Under the pieces are notes generated by a model. The model was not told the DNA's origin. It searched no databases and was given only the letters and a program-made list of their open reading frames with translations. DNA of 64,000 bases from the NCBI GenBank assembly GCA_026702745.1, contig JAPPBT010000046.1, forward strand, positions 17,884 to 81,883, in the 5' to 3' direction. The translations under genes and the position numbers were made by a program. This document shows positions 28,119 through 37,675 of the stretch, in pieces. The stretch is from Gemmatimonadota bacterium. Lineage in GTDB: Bacteria; JAAXHH01. The stretch's first letter is position 1, and each line of letters begins with the position of its first letter.

Positions 28119-28706
28119 ATGAACCTGGACCGCATTTTCGAACAGAACGCGCACTGGATCAAGCGAAGGCTGGACTCCGATCCCGGCTATCTCGATCGGC
28201 TGTCGCGGCAGCAACATCCCGGGATTCTCTACATCGGATGCGCGGACAGCCGGGTGATGCCCGAAGCCTTCATGGGCGCCGGCCCGGGTGAGGTCTTCGT
28301 GCATCGCAACGTGGGCAACCTGGTCGCCTCCGAGGACCCGAACACGGGTTCCGCTGTTATCTACGGCGTCGAGTACCTGAAAGTCGGACATATCGTCGTG
28401 TGCGGCCACTACGACTGTGGTGCGGTGAAAGCGGTGCTCCAGTCGGAAGACCTCGGTTCGCTGGAGCCGTGGCTGCGGAACCTGAGAGTGGTTTACCAGC
28501 GTCATCAGGAGGAACTGGACGCCCTCCCGGATGATACGGACCGTTGCGACCGCCTGGTCGAACACAGCGTCCGCGCGCAGTGCGCGAACATCCTCGGATT
28601 CACCGAAGTACAGGCGGCGATCAGCGAGACCGGTCTTCAGGTGCATGGCTGGGTCTTCGACCTGCGCAATGGCAGGATCGTGGACCTGAACGTAGGATGC
28701 GGATAA
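28119..28706 (+). CDS. Beta-class carbonic anhydrase
   Basis: CADSRV and HYDCGA are the zinc ligand motifs. The N-terminus MNLDRIFEQNAHW aligns with the CynT/CA N-terminus. The track start at 28086 is an upstream TTG. Confidence 0.8.
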   Translation: MNLDRIFEQNAHWIKRRLDSDPGYLDRLSRQQHPGILYIGCADSRVMPEAFMGAGPGEVFVHRNVGNLVASEDPNTGSAVIYGVEYLKVGHIVVCGHYDCGAVKAVLQSEDLGSLEPWLRNLRVVYQRHQEELDALPDDTDRCDRLVEHSVRAQCANILGFTEVQAAISETGLQVHGWVFDLRNGRIVDLNVGCG

Positions 28707-28772
28707 AGCCGTTCTCTGCAGACGCGGGTTGAGTCGAACGAATGGCGCGTACGTCAACCTCGCTGCAGGTTC

Positions 28773-30470
28773 TCAGGCCGATCCCGCCTGCTTCCGTAAT
28801 ACCCTGCCCGGCAGCGCGCCGGTGTGCTCCCCCCCGTCTATGACGACCGCGCCGTTAACGAGGACGCTTTCGATGCCCTGCGCGTACTGGTGGGGGTTCA
28901 TGAAGTCGGCCCGGTCGATGACCGTGTCCGGATCGAACACCACGAGATCGGCGACCAGGCCCACGTCTATCCTGCCGCGGTCGGCGAGTCCCAGCCGTTG
29001 GGCCGGCAGGCCGGTCATCTTGTGCACGGCGGTGGGCAGGTCGAACAGTCCCTCTTCGCGGCAGTACTTGCCGAGCACCCTGGGAAAGGTCCCGTAGTAC
29101 CGGGGATGAGGCGTGGTCTCGCTCAACGGGCCAGTGACAGCGGCGGCCCCGCCGTCCGAAGCGACCATGACCAGCGGATGGGTCAATACGGAGGTGATCT
29201 CCTCCTCGCTCATGCCGAACCCGACCATGCCCACGCTCCCATTCTCCGCGATAAGCAGTTCCCGCACGAACTCGAAGGGATCCTGGCCGTTTCGCGCGAC
29301 GATCTCCGATACCCGCCGGCCCACGTAGTCCTGGTTCTCCGCCCTGTCGACCGAAGTAATCATGACGGCGCTCCAGTCCCCCAGCATGTCGACCTTGTCG
29401 ACGGCCGCCCGTCTCATGGCGGGCAGGACATCCGGTGACTGGAGACGGCTGACGAACGCCTCGGCGCCGCCCGAGCGGAAGCGGGTGGGAAACAGGTTCT
29501 GCAGCGTCGTGGCGTAGGCAATGTAAGGATACCTGTCGAGGGTGATGTCCATCCCCTCGTCGATTGCCTGTTCAATCATGTCGAAACATTCCGCGACCTT
29601 GTCCCGGTTCCGCCTGCCCGACGCCTTGAAGTGGGCGATCTGTAGCGCGATCTCGGCTTTCCGTGCGGTGCTGATCGCTTCGCTCACGGCTTCCACGAGG
29701 AAATCGTCCTCGTTGCGCATGTGGGTCGCATAGAACCCGCTGTATCCCGCTGCTACCCGGCCGAGTTCGGCGATCTCATCCTCGCCGGCAAAACTGCCGG
29801 GGGTGTATTCGAGTCCGGACGAAAGGCCCCAGGCCCCCTCCGACATGGCCTGGTCCACGAGGTCCTTCATCGCATCGACCTGGCGTGCGCTGGCCGGGAC
29901 GTTCTCGTACCCCACGACGTATCCGCGTATGGTGCCCTGGCCCGCGAGCGAGATGAAATTCAGGCCGATGCCCTGCTGTTCCAGGGTGTCGAACAGGCCC
30001 GTGAAATCCCTCCATCCTATATCCACGCCGTATCGCCGTCCGTAACCGTCCTGTAGCGACCTGAGCCGCGCATCCGTCAGCGGGGCCAGTGAGGACCCGT
30101 CCTGGCCGGCCACCTCCGTCGTCACGCCCTGCCGGATCTTGCTTTCCGCCCTGGGGTCCACCAGGAGCGAAAGGTCGGTGTGGGAATGGATGTCGATGAA
30201 GCCGGGGCAGACGATCTTGCCTGAGGCGTCTATCGTATTCCTGCCGGATCCCGGGATCGGACCGATCTGGACGATCCGGTCTCCCTCGATGGCGATATCG
30301 GCGGCCACGGGCGCAGCGCCCGTCCCGTCGATCACCCGTCCCCCTCTGATGACTACATCGTAACGAAGGGTGATCGCGCATCCGTCCAGCGTCGTGGACA
30401 GGCCGCCGACGGTTGCGCCCGCGGCCGCCAGTCCGGTTCTCCTGAGAAAGTTGCGTCTGGACCAGTCCAT
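28773..30470 (-). CDS. Amidohydrolase-superfamily N-acyl-D-amino-acid deacylase (D-aminoacylase)-like protein with a Tat signal
   Basis: The Tat signal is RRNFLRRTGLAAAGA. GFIDIHSH is the metal-binding motif. 565 aa. Confidence 0.7.
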   Translation of the reverse strand: MDWSRRNFLRRTGLAAAGATVGGLSTTLDGCAITLRYDVVIRGGRVIDGTGAAPVAADIAIEGDRIVQIGPIPGSGRNTIDASGKIVCPGFIDIHSHTDLSLLVDPRAESKIRQGVTTEVAGQDGSSLAPLTDARLRSLQDGYGRRYGVDIGWRDFTGLFDTLEQQGIGLNFISLAGQGTIRGYVVGYENVPASARQVDAMKDLVDQAMSEGAWGLSSGLEYTPGSFAGEDEIAELGRVAAGYSGFYATHMRNEDDFLVEAVSEAISTARKAEIALQIAHFKASGRRNRDKVAECFDMIEQAIDEGMDITLDRYPYIAYATTLQNLFPTRFRSGGAEAFVSRLQSPDVLPAMRRAAVDKVDMLGDWSAVMITSVDRAENQDYVGRRVSEIVARNGQDPFEFVRELLIAENGSVGMVGFGMSEEEITSVLTHPLVMVASDGGAAAVTGPLSETTPHPRYYGTFPRVLGKYCREEGLFDLPTAVHKMTGLPAQRLGLADRGRIDVGLVADLVVFDPDTVIDRADFMNPHQYAQGIESVLVNGAVVIDGGEHTGALPGRVLRKQAGSA

Positions 30471-30486
30471 GATGGTACTCTTCTCG

Positions 30487-31263
30487 TCAGTTGGTCATCC
30501 GGATCTTCAGGCCTCGATCGTGAAGATGCCGCTTGATGGAATCCACCGAGTACTGACCGTAGTGCAGCATGGAGGCCACCAGGGCCGCGTCGGCCCCGCC
30601 TTCCGTAAGGGCGTCGTACAGGTGCTCCGGTCTGCCGCCACCGCCCGATGCGATGACCGGGATGCCCACGTTATCGGCGATCGTCCGCGTGAGTTTCAAC
30701 TCGTAACCTTCGAGCGTGCCGTCCGCGTCGATGGAGTTGACGACGATCTCGCCGGCGCCGAGGGCCTCGCCGCGGCGCGCCCATTCGAGGGCGTCCATAC
30801 CGGTGTCCCGCCGGCCTCCATGGGTCACGATCTCGTAGCCGGACGGCAACGAACCCGCACCGGTCGCCCTGATGTCCATGGAAAGCACCACGGCCTGGAC
30901 CCCGAAGGCATCGGCCGCCTCGGTGATGACACCGGGATTGTCGACGGCCGCCGTGTTCAGATTGACTTTCTCCGCGCCCGCTTCCAGCACCTTGCGGCAG
31001 TCTTCGACCGACCGGAGGCCGCCGCCCACCGAGAAGGGGATGAACACCTGCCGGGCAACCTCCTCCACCACGTCGAGCATGATGCCGCGCTGGTCGCTGG
31101 ATGCCGTGATGTCGTAGAAAACGAGTTCGTCCAGCCCGGCCTCGTAATACCGCCGCGCCGCGGAGACCGGGTCGCCGATATCCTTCGTGTTGACGAACCG
31201 GACGCTCTTGACCAGCCGTCCGTCACGCACGTCCAGGCAGGAAATTAGCCGCTTGCTCAGCAT
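30487..31263 (-). CDS. hisF: Imidazole glycerol phosphate synthase cyclase subunit HisF, or a HisF-like (WbuZ-type) paralog
   Basis: [19 protein letters not shown] and IASGGGG motifs in a (beta-alpha)8 barrel. Confidence 0.8.
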   Translation of the reverse strand: MLSKRLISCLDVRDGRLVKSVRFVNTKDIGDPVSAARRYYEAGLDELVFYDITASSDQRGIMLDVVEEVARQVFIPFSVGGGLRSVEDCRKVLEAGAEKVNLNTAAVDNPGVITEAADAFGVQAVVLSMDIRATGAGSLPSGYEIVTHGGRRDTGMDALEWARRGEALGAGEIVVNSIDADGTLEGYELKLTRTIADNVGIPVIASGGGGRPEHLYDALTEGGADAALVASMLHYGQYSVDSIKRHLHDRGLKIRMTN

Positions 31264-31877
31264 GGATTCCCGTCCCAGCGTGCGAACTCGCCCAGCATCT
31301 TCAAGCCCAGGGGGCCGCTTTTCTCCACGTGAAACTGGGCCGCCACGATATTGCGCCGGCCGATGACGGCCGCGAACTCCACGCCGTACCGGCTCCTCGC
31401 AAGCACGTCCCGTTCATCGCCGGGGACGGGGTAGAAGGAATGTACGAAGTAGACCTCGTCGCCCGGTCTCACGTGGCGTAGCACGGGGTGCGCACGGTCG
31501 ACCTGCAGCGCGTTCCACCCCATGTGCGGCACTTTAAGGGCGTCGTCTTCCGGTCGGAACCGAAGGCAACGGCCGCCGATCAGGTCCAGGCACGGCAGAT
31601 CGGTTTCCTCGGAACCCGACAGCAGGATCTGGCAGCCCACGCAGATTCCCAGGATCGGCGTCCCCCGGTCGGCGGCCGATTTGAGCGCCTGGTCGAGCCC
31701 CCGATCCCGGAGCGTCTCCAGGGCGGAGTGGGCATGCCCCACGCCTGGAAACACAATACGCTCCGCCCGGACCAATTCCTCCGGATCCGACGTGATGACC
31801 GAATCCACGCCCAGGTGATCCAGCGCTCTTTTCACCGAGGTCTGATTCCCGGCGTCGTAGTCAACGATGTGAATCAT
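31257..31877 (-). CDS. hisH: Imidazole glycerol phosphate synthase glutaminase subunit HisH, or a HisH-like paralog
   Basis: Class-I glutamine amidotransferase with the motifs GICVGCQ and H...E. It overlaps hisF by 7 nt, and no hisA lies between them. Confidence 0.8.
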   Translation of the reverse strand: MIHIVDYDAGNQTSVKRALDHLGVDSVITSDPEELVRAERIVFPGVGHAHSALETLRDRGLDQALKSAADRGTPILGICVGCQILLSGSEETDLPCLDLIGGRCLRFRPEDDALKVPHMGWNALQVDRAHPVLRHVRPGDEVYFVHSFYPVPGDERDVLARSRYGVEFAAVIGRRNIVAAQFHVEKSGPLGLKMLGEFARWDGNPC

Positions 31878-32174
31878 TAAATGTGGATCATTTGAACGTT
31901 CGTTCGTCGGGGTGGTCAGGAGGGACAGAATACGCTCCTGGCGTATGCTCGCCGCATGTCCCTAGTAATCCGATTGCACCGGTTTTGTCAAGAGAAACAT
32001 GGCTCCGCGGGCACGGCGGGGGACGGCCCTGGAAGAGGATTCGGTCGTTGACATCGCAGGGTGGCGTTTCTATACTGGCTTGGTGCATCTTCACGCCGAT
32101 GCCGCCGCGCCGGAATGAAGGCATAAACGGCGGGTCCATCGCACCGAAATCCATCCTGCGGAATCGAAACCCAG

Positions 32175-33431
32175 ATGCTCTTCAATGCCGAGCGAGCCAG
32201 GGCGTACATGCGGGATCGCGGACTCGACGGACTGATCGCGACTTCGCCCGTGAATATCACCTATTTCACGGACTACTACATCTGGATCGACGGGCTCATG
32301 AAGGCATACATGGTCCGGCCCGGTGCATCGGCGGACCTGTCGCAGGGATTCGCCCTGTTTCCCCTCGATGGCGAACCCGCGCTGGCGGTGACCGGCGCGA
32401 TGCTGGCCGTTAATGGCGTAGACCTGTGGGTACGGGACCTGAGGATCAGCGGCGATTCCGGACTCGACTGGTCCCTGCCGCCGAGGCCGTTGTCCGATCG
32501 GATGGACCGTATTTACCATCTCCTGCAAGGCGCGCCCGACTACCACACGACCACCCAGGCACTCGCAGGGGCCCTGAGCGACCGGGGACTTGCCTCGGGC
32601 ACGCTGGGCGTGGAAGCCGACGGCCTGACCGCCGACCGCTACCGGCAACTGAAGGAGGCGTTGCCCGGTGCGCGGCTGCTGGACTGCTCCAACCTCATCC
32701 GGCTGCTTCGCATGGTCAAGACCCGGGACGAGATCGAGCGGCTGGAACGGGCGGCCGAGATCAGTGAGACGGCGGCCATGACGGCCATGGAACAGGCGAA
32801 ACCGGGAGACAACGTGCAGGGAGTCGTTCACCGGTTCAGGGCGGAACTAGGTGCCCGGGGAGCGGACCTGGACCACTTCGCCTTCGGAATCCACGGGCTT
32901 GGCATCGCGACGGAGCCGGATTTCATCCTGGGTGATTCCGACGTGGAGTACGTGGACTGGGGATGCCGGTACCGATCCTGCTATTCGGACACCGGGACCA
33001 CCTTCGCCATGAAGCCGCTTTCGGCCGACATGCAGGTCCGGTTCGACACGCTCCGTACGTCCATGGACGCCGGCCTGGCCGCGATCCGTCCAGGCGTCAA
33101 AGCCTCGGCGGTACAGGCGGCCATGCAGGAGGTGGTCGACGTAGCGGGCTTTGCCATGTATCCCCATGGCCACGGGGTCGGCATGGAGGTGCGGGACTAT
33201 CCCGTCCTGTCGCCGGACACCGGCCTGAGGATCTCGGACGACTGTGTCGACGTACCTTCGGACCTGCCCATTGAAGAAGACATGGTGCTCAACGTGGAAG
33301 CACCGCTGAGCCTGGCCGGGGTCGGATCCCTGCACCTGGAGCAGTCCGTCGTCGTGACGGCGAGCGGATCCCGTCCCCTCACGGTTCAGCGTAGGGACGG
33401 ACCGGTGTTTCCCAGGAGCGCGTCGGGGTAG
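32175..33431 (+). CDS. M24-family metallopeptidase (Xaa-Pro aminopeptidase/creatinase-like) with a creatinase-type N-terminal domain
   Basis: The two-domain layout and the metal-ligand region HGHGVGMEVRD are read from the sequence. Confidence 0.7.
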   Translation: MLFNAERARAYMRDRGLDGLIATSPVNITYFTDYYIWIDGLMKAYMVRPGASADLSQGFALFPLDGEPALAVTGAMLAVNGVDLWVRDLRISGDSGLDWSLPPRPLSDRMDRIYHLLQGAPDYHTTTQALAGALSDRGLASGTLGVEADGLTADRYRQLKEALPGARLLDCSNLIRLLRMVKTRDEIERLERAAEISETAAMTAMEQAKPGDNVQGVVHRFRAELGARGADLDHFAFGIHGLGIATEPDFILGDSDVEYVDWGCRYRSCYSDTGTTFAMKPLSADMQVRFDTLRTSMDAGLAAIRPGVKASAVQAAMQEVVDVAGFAMYPHGHGVGMEVRDYPVLSPDTGLRISDDCVDVPSDLPIEEDMVLNVEAPLSLAGVGSLHLEQSVVVTASGSRPLTVQRRDGPVFPRSASG

Positions 33432-33465
33432 GAGTAGGGCGGAACAGAATCGGCGGCAACCTCCC

Positions 33466-34524
33466 ATGAAAATCACCAAAATCACGTTGCATCAGCCCGC
33501 GGGCCTGCTTCGACTAATGACCGACGATGGGTTCGAGGGATATTGTACCGGGATCACCGCCACAGGATCCGACGTCGAGCGCGCGGCATCGGTCGTGGTG
33601 GGATCGAACCCCCTGGACCGTGAACGGACCTGGTGGACCACGCGGGATCTGGACGAAGGACCTCCGTCGGCTTTTCGCGCTGGTATCGACGTTGCCCTTT
33701 GGGACCTCTCCGCGAAGATCGCAGGACGGCCGCTCTTCCGGCACCTGGGCGGGTTCAGGGACCGGGTTCCGGTCTGCCGGGTCGGCACTGCAAGAGACGC
33801 CACAGGCGCTAAGGGGGACACCTCGGGCGCTGCGGGCACCACCGGACCGGAGATCATCAAGGAAGTGAAAGACGCGCAGCGGGCCGGATTCAAAGCTTAT
33901 CGGTTCTGTGCTCATCGACCTGGCGCACCGTCGGATGGAAACGCCATCGTCCACCTGGTGCGCAAGGTGCGTGCGGCCGTGGGACCGGACTTCCCGCTTA
34001 TCCTCGATGGCAGGGCCCGGTGCGTGGTCGACGAGGCCATACGGATCGGACTTGCACTCGACGAGGCGGACTTTTTCTGCTTCGACCGGCCCCGCCCCCG
34101 CAACGACCACACGGGCGGTAAGCAGGTGGCCGGCGAAATCGATACGCCGACCAGCGCGGAAGTGTGCAGCCCCATCGAAGCGTCCCAGGTCATGTCGGTG
34201 CAGTCCGCCGATCACGTTCGAGCCAGCGTACATAGCGCGGGCGGCATCACGGATGTGTTGAAGGCAGCCCGTTGCGCAGAAGCATTCGGCGCGTATTGCC
34301 ATCTGGACGGTGCCGGGATCAGCGACGGTTTCGCGCATCTCCATCTGGCGGGTGCACTCAGGAATATGCCATTTATCGAGATATCGGGCCACGAGGTCAC
34401 ACCGCCTTTCGTCCGGAACCCGGTACAGATCGAAGACGGCTTCGTCCAATTGCCCGATCTTCCGGGCCTCGGTATGGAAATCGATTTGGATGCGGTCATG
34501 GACGCGACCTCGGAACTGTTATAA
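33466..34524 (+). CDS. Enolase-superfamily (mandelate racemase/muconate-lactonizing enzyme-like) protein; divergent
   Basis: IDVALWDLSAKIAGRPLFRHLGG is an MR/MLE N-domain hallmark. A low-complexity insert is present and the catalytic KxK is not obvious. Confidence 0.6.
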   Translation: MKITKITLHQPAGLLRLMTDDGFEGYCTGITATGSDVERAASVVVGSNPLDRERTWWTTRDLDEGPPSAFRAGIDVALWDLSAKIAGRPLFRHLGGFRDRVPVCRVGTARDATGAKGDTSGAAGTTGPEIIKEVKDAQRAGFKAYRFCAHRPGAPSDGNAIVHLVRKVRAAVGPDFPLILDGRARCVVDEAIRIGLALDEADFFCFDRPRPRNDHTGGKQVAGEIDTPTSAEVCSPIEASQVMSVQSADHVRASVHSAGGITDVLKAARCAEAFGAYCHLDGAGISDGFAHLHLAGALRNMPFIEISGHEVTPPFVRNPVQIEDGFVQLPDLPGLGMEIDLDAVMDATSELL

Positions 34525-34600
34525 GCCTGAATCCGGTGCGGCCGGATGCAAACGGTGCGGCCGGATGCAATCAACGCGGCCGTCTGAACAAGGAAATCCC

Positions 34601-35791
34601 ATGCAGATCCGGGACGTCAAATGTTACGTGCTGAAGGACGAACCTGAAACGCGCCGGGAGAGCAGCGCGGACCGAGGAAGCATGGCACCGGTGCCTCCGG
34701 GCATCTCCGGGCTGTTTACCCATGACCAGGGATTCGGCGCCGGCGCGCCCGATGGTTACGAGTTCACCGGAGACGGGCCGGAACCTAAGTACCGGCTTAT
34801 GGTCCGCCTCGTGACGGATGGCGATCTGGACGCCTATGCCGAATTTGGCACAGGTTTCGATCCTCGGGAACTGGAATGGCAGGGCCGCCAGTTCATGGCC
34901 CGGTACGCTCACATGCTCATCGGCGTGGACGCCTACGACCGGGAATACGTGTGGCAGCGGTTCTGGATGGCTCAGCGCTTCATGTACACGGGAAGAGGCT
35001 TGCTGGATACGGTCGACCGGATGTTGTGGGACCTTGCGAGCCGTAGCGCACGTCTCCCTATCTATAAGTTGCTCGGCGCATGCCGGGAAAGCGTGCCCGC
35101 CTACTGCAACGTGGGCGGGCGCACCATCGACGACCTGGTGGCCCACGCGGTGCAGCGTGTGGACGAAGAGGGATTCATCGGCTGCAAGGACCATTCCTAC
35201 CGGGGCGTGAAGACCAACGGGGAGATGGCCGTCAAGTTGCGTGAGGCCCTTGGCGACGAAATCATGCTGTTCCACGATCCCGTCGAGTCGTACACCTACG
35301 AAGAAGCCGTGAAAATCGGGCGCATCATGGAAAAGTGCCGGTACCGGTGGATCGAGGAGCCCCTGCAGGACTACGATATCCTGGGGCTCAAGAAACTATG
35401 CGCCACCCTCGACCTCCCGGTCCTGACCCTGGAATGGATCGGCGCCATCGGCGGTCAGCCGTACAACACGGCGCCGTACCTGGCGATGCAGGCCGCTGAT
35501 ATCGTCCGCCAACGGGGCATCGGGATCACGGGACAGGTCAAGCAGGCCCAGTTGGCCGAAAGTTTCGGTGTGGAGGTGCACGGCGGAGATCCCCACGTCA
35601 TCCTTGCCATAGGGAACGACCCCGTCTTTGAAGCCTTCATGGGATTGCAGCCACGCCCGCCCGTCGAGGAACTCGACTGCCGGGGTACGCTCGTCGTGGA
35701 AGACGGCGCCATGTCGATCGCCTGGAGCGACTGCCCCGCACCCGAACCCGACTGGGACGAAATGGCGCGGAGCGCGATTGCCGTGATCTGA
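34601..35791 (+). CDS. Enolase-superfamily (MR/MLE, acid-sugar dehydratase-like) protein; paralog of the upstream gene
   Basis: VDRMLWDLASRSARLPIYKLLG. The ATG at 34601 follows AAGGAAATCCC. The track ORF starting at 34310 is over-extended. Confidence 0.6.
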   Translation: MQIRDVKCYVLKDEPETRRESSADRGSMAPVPPGISGLFTHDQGFGAGAPDGYEFTGDGPEPKYRLMVRLVTDGDLDAYAEFGTGFDPRELEWQGRQFMARYAHMLIGVDAYDREYVWQRFWMAQRFMYTGRGLLDTVDRMLWDLASRSARLPIYKLLGACRESVPAYCNVGGRTIDDLVAHAVQRVDEEGFIGCKDHSYRGVKTNGEMAVKLREALGDEIMLFHDPVESYTYEEAVKIGRIMEKCRYRWIEEPLQDYDILGLKKLCATLDLPVLTLEWIGAIGGQPYNTAPYLAMQAADIVRQRGIGITGQVKQAQLAESFGVEVHGGDPHVILAIGNDPVFEAFMGLQPRPPVEELDCRGTLVVEDGAMSIAWSDCPAPEPDWDEMARSAIAVI

Positions 35792-35878
35792 AGTTGACAA
35801 GCTCAAGCGGTGAGTGGAAATTCGGTAAGGTGGAAATAGTCTGTTACGATGGCATCTAGTTCTAAGCTGTGAGGGACC

Positions 35879-36205
35879 ATGAACGAAGGAATGCTCGACC
35901 CTCAGGTTCTGGACGAAATCATCCGACGGGTCGTCGAGGTGGCAGAGCCGGAGAAGATCATCCTTTTCGGGTCCGCCGCCCGCGGCGAAATGAACCGCCA
36001 TAGCGACGTCGATCTGCTTATCGTTAAGGAATGTGCGCGTCCACTTGACCTGATGGGCGAGATATACATGAACTTGCACCGGGTCGGAGCAGCTGTTGAC
36101 GCCATCGTCGTCACACCACAGGCGGTCGAGCGTTACAAGGACAGCCACGCGTTGGTCATCAAGCCAGCACTGCGCGAAGGAAGGATCGTCTATGAATCTA
36201 CCTGA
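35879..36205 (+). CDS. Minimal nucleotidyltransferase (MNT) antitoxin of a HEPN/MNT toxin-antitoxin module
   Basis: GSAARGEMNRHSDVDLLIV matches the GSxxRG...DxD Pol-beta-type motif. 108 aa. Local GC is lower than the flanking DNA. Confidence 0.75.
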   Translation: MNEGMLDPQVLDEIIRRVVEVAEPEKIILFGSAARGEMNRHSDVDLLIVKECARPLDLMGEIYMNLHRVGAAVDAIVVTPQAVERYKDSHALVIKPALREGRIVYEST

Positions 36206-36583
36206 ACGCTTTCCAGCTGACGACCCGCGTGAGTGGATAAACCGAGCGAGAAGTGACCTGACTCAGGCGACGAATGCGGTTCCATGTATATCGAGAGTCT
36301 GTGCTTCAACGCCCAGCAAGCCGCAGAAAAAGCGATCAAAGCTGTGATGATTTCTCGCAACATCTAGTTTCCTTTTGTGCATGACCTCGATTACCTGTTG
36401 TCATTATTGGAAGACAAAGGAGAGGTCATACCAGCGCCGATCCAATAAGCGAGCAAGTTGACTAAGTATGCCGCAATTACACGCTATCCTGGTGACATAG
36501 ATCCCGTTACCAGCCAAGAGTACACCGAGGCGATCTCCATCGCCGAAGCAGTTCTTCATTGGGCGGTGGAACGCATCCTGTGA
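36192..36583 (+). pseudogene. HEPN-domain toxin gene disrupted by one frameshift (near 36275-36285) and two in-frame stops (TAG at 36365, TAA at 36446)
   Basis: Reading across frames gives MNLPERFPADDPREWINRARSDLTQA.. / ..YIESLCFNAQQAAEKAIKAVMISRNI* / FPFVHDLDYLLSLLEDKGEVIPAPIQ* / ASKLTKYAAITRYPGDIDPVTSQEYTEAISIAEAVLHWAVERIL. The start overlaps the MNT stop by 14 nt, which is classic toxin-antitoxin architecture. Confidence 0.65.
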
Positions 36584-36661
36584 TTTCACTTTAACTAAAG
36601 CAAATCGCCAAAGTCAGTTTTATTAGAAGGCCAATCATACACGTCAGAATGTGGAGCGAAC

Positions 36662-37654
36662 ATGTCTGAAACCATACAATGGGGCATTCTTGGAACCGGG
36701 AAGATCGCTCACAAGTTCGCCGAAGCGCTCGCGGTGGTGGCGGATGCCGAGCTTTCGGCTGTTGGGTCCCGGGCACAGGGTACGGCAGACGCCTTCGGCG
36801 ACGAGTTCGAAGTACCCCGAAGACACCCGTCCTACGCGTCCCTGGCGGAAGACCCGGAGATCGACGCGATCTACGTGTCTACCCCCCATCCCATGCACTG
36901 CCGGGACACGCTGCTCTGCCTGAACGCGGACAAGCCGGTGCTCTGCGAGAAACCCTTCGCCCTCAACGCATCGGAAGCGGAAGCCATGATCCGGTGCGCA
37001 CGGCAGCGGGGTCTTTTCCTCATGGAGGCCATGTGGACGCGGTTCCTGCCGGCCATCGCGCAGGTACGCCAATGGCTCGTCGATGGTGCCATCGGCGAAG
37101 TTCGGAACATGATGGCCGACTTCGGATTCCGTGCGGGATTCAATCCGGAGGGCCGCCTGCTTAATCCCGAACTGGGCGGAGGCGCCCTCCTGGACATCGG
37201 TGTATACATTGTATCTATGGCTTCGATGGTCTACGGGCAACAGCCGGACCGGGTCGCGGCGCTGGCGGATATCGGCACCACGGGAGTCGATGAGCAGACC
37301 ACCATGGCCTTTCGCTACGACTCGGGCGCCATGGCCGCGCTGACCTGTGCGGTCCGGACCAACACGCCCGGCGCCGTGTCCATCCACGGGACGCAGGGCA
37401 ATATCCGCATCCCGTCCGCATTCTATGACACCTATACCGCAACGCTGAACGCGGATGGCAAGGAACCGGTAACGGTGGAGCCGCCGCGCGTGGAGAACGG
37501 ATTCAAGTACGAGATCGAGGAAGCGGGACGTTGCCTCAGGGAAGGGTTGCTCGAGACGCCCGCGCTCCCGCTGGACGAGACTCTGGCCATCATGAAAACG
37601 CTGGACGCCGTCCGTGCCGAGATCGGGTTGAAGTATCCTGTAGAAGCGTCATGA
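36662..37654 (+). CDS. Gfo/Idh/MocA-family NAD(P)-dependent oxidoreductase
   Basis: The N-terminal Rossmann signature is WGILGTGKIAHKF, and the protein has the EKP motif. 330 aa. Confidence 0.8.
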   Translation: MSETIQWGILGTGKIAHKFAEALAVVADAELSAVGSRAQGTADAFGDEFEVPRRHPSYASLAEDPEIDAIYVSTPHPMHCRDTLLCLNADKPVLCEKPFALNASEAEAMIRCARQRGLFLMEAMWTRFLPAIAQVRQWLVDGAIGEVRNMMADFGFRAGFNPEGRLLNPELGGGALLDIGVYIVSMASMVYGQQPDRVAALADIGTTGVDEQTTMAFRYDSGAMAALTCAVRTNTPGAVSIHGTQGNIRIPSAFYDTYTATLNADGKEPVTVEPPRVENGFKYEIEEAGRCLREGLLETPALPLDETLAIMKTLDAVRAEIGLKYPVEAS

Positions 37655-37675
37655 TCCTTTTGTAGAGGAGCACCC

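Noticed and set aside
30487-31877. Confident call of WbuY/WbuZ (acetamidino-sugar amidotransferase) rather than HisH/HisF
   Set aside because: The sequences match canonical HisF/HisH motifs equally well. No sugar-nucleotide genes are adjacent, and this cannot be distinguished without phylogeny. I kept it as an alternative in the finding only.
34526-34575. Direct duplication CGGTGCGGCCGGATGCAA x 2 between the enolase paralogs, considered as a regulatory site
   Set aside because: It is only two short copies in a 75-bp intergenic spacer. It is more likely another slippage duplication, and I recorded it only as part of the general tandem-duplication pattern.
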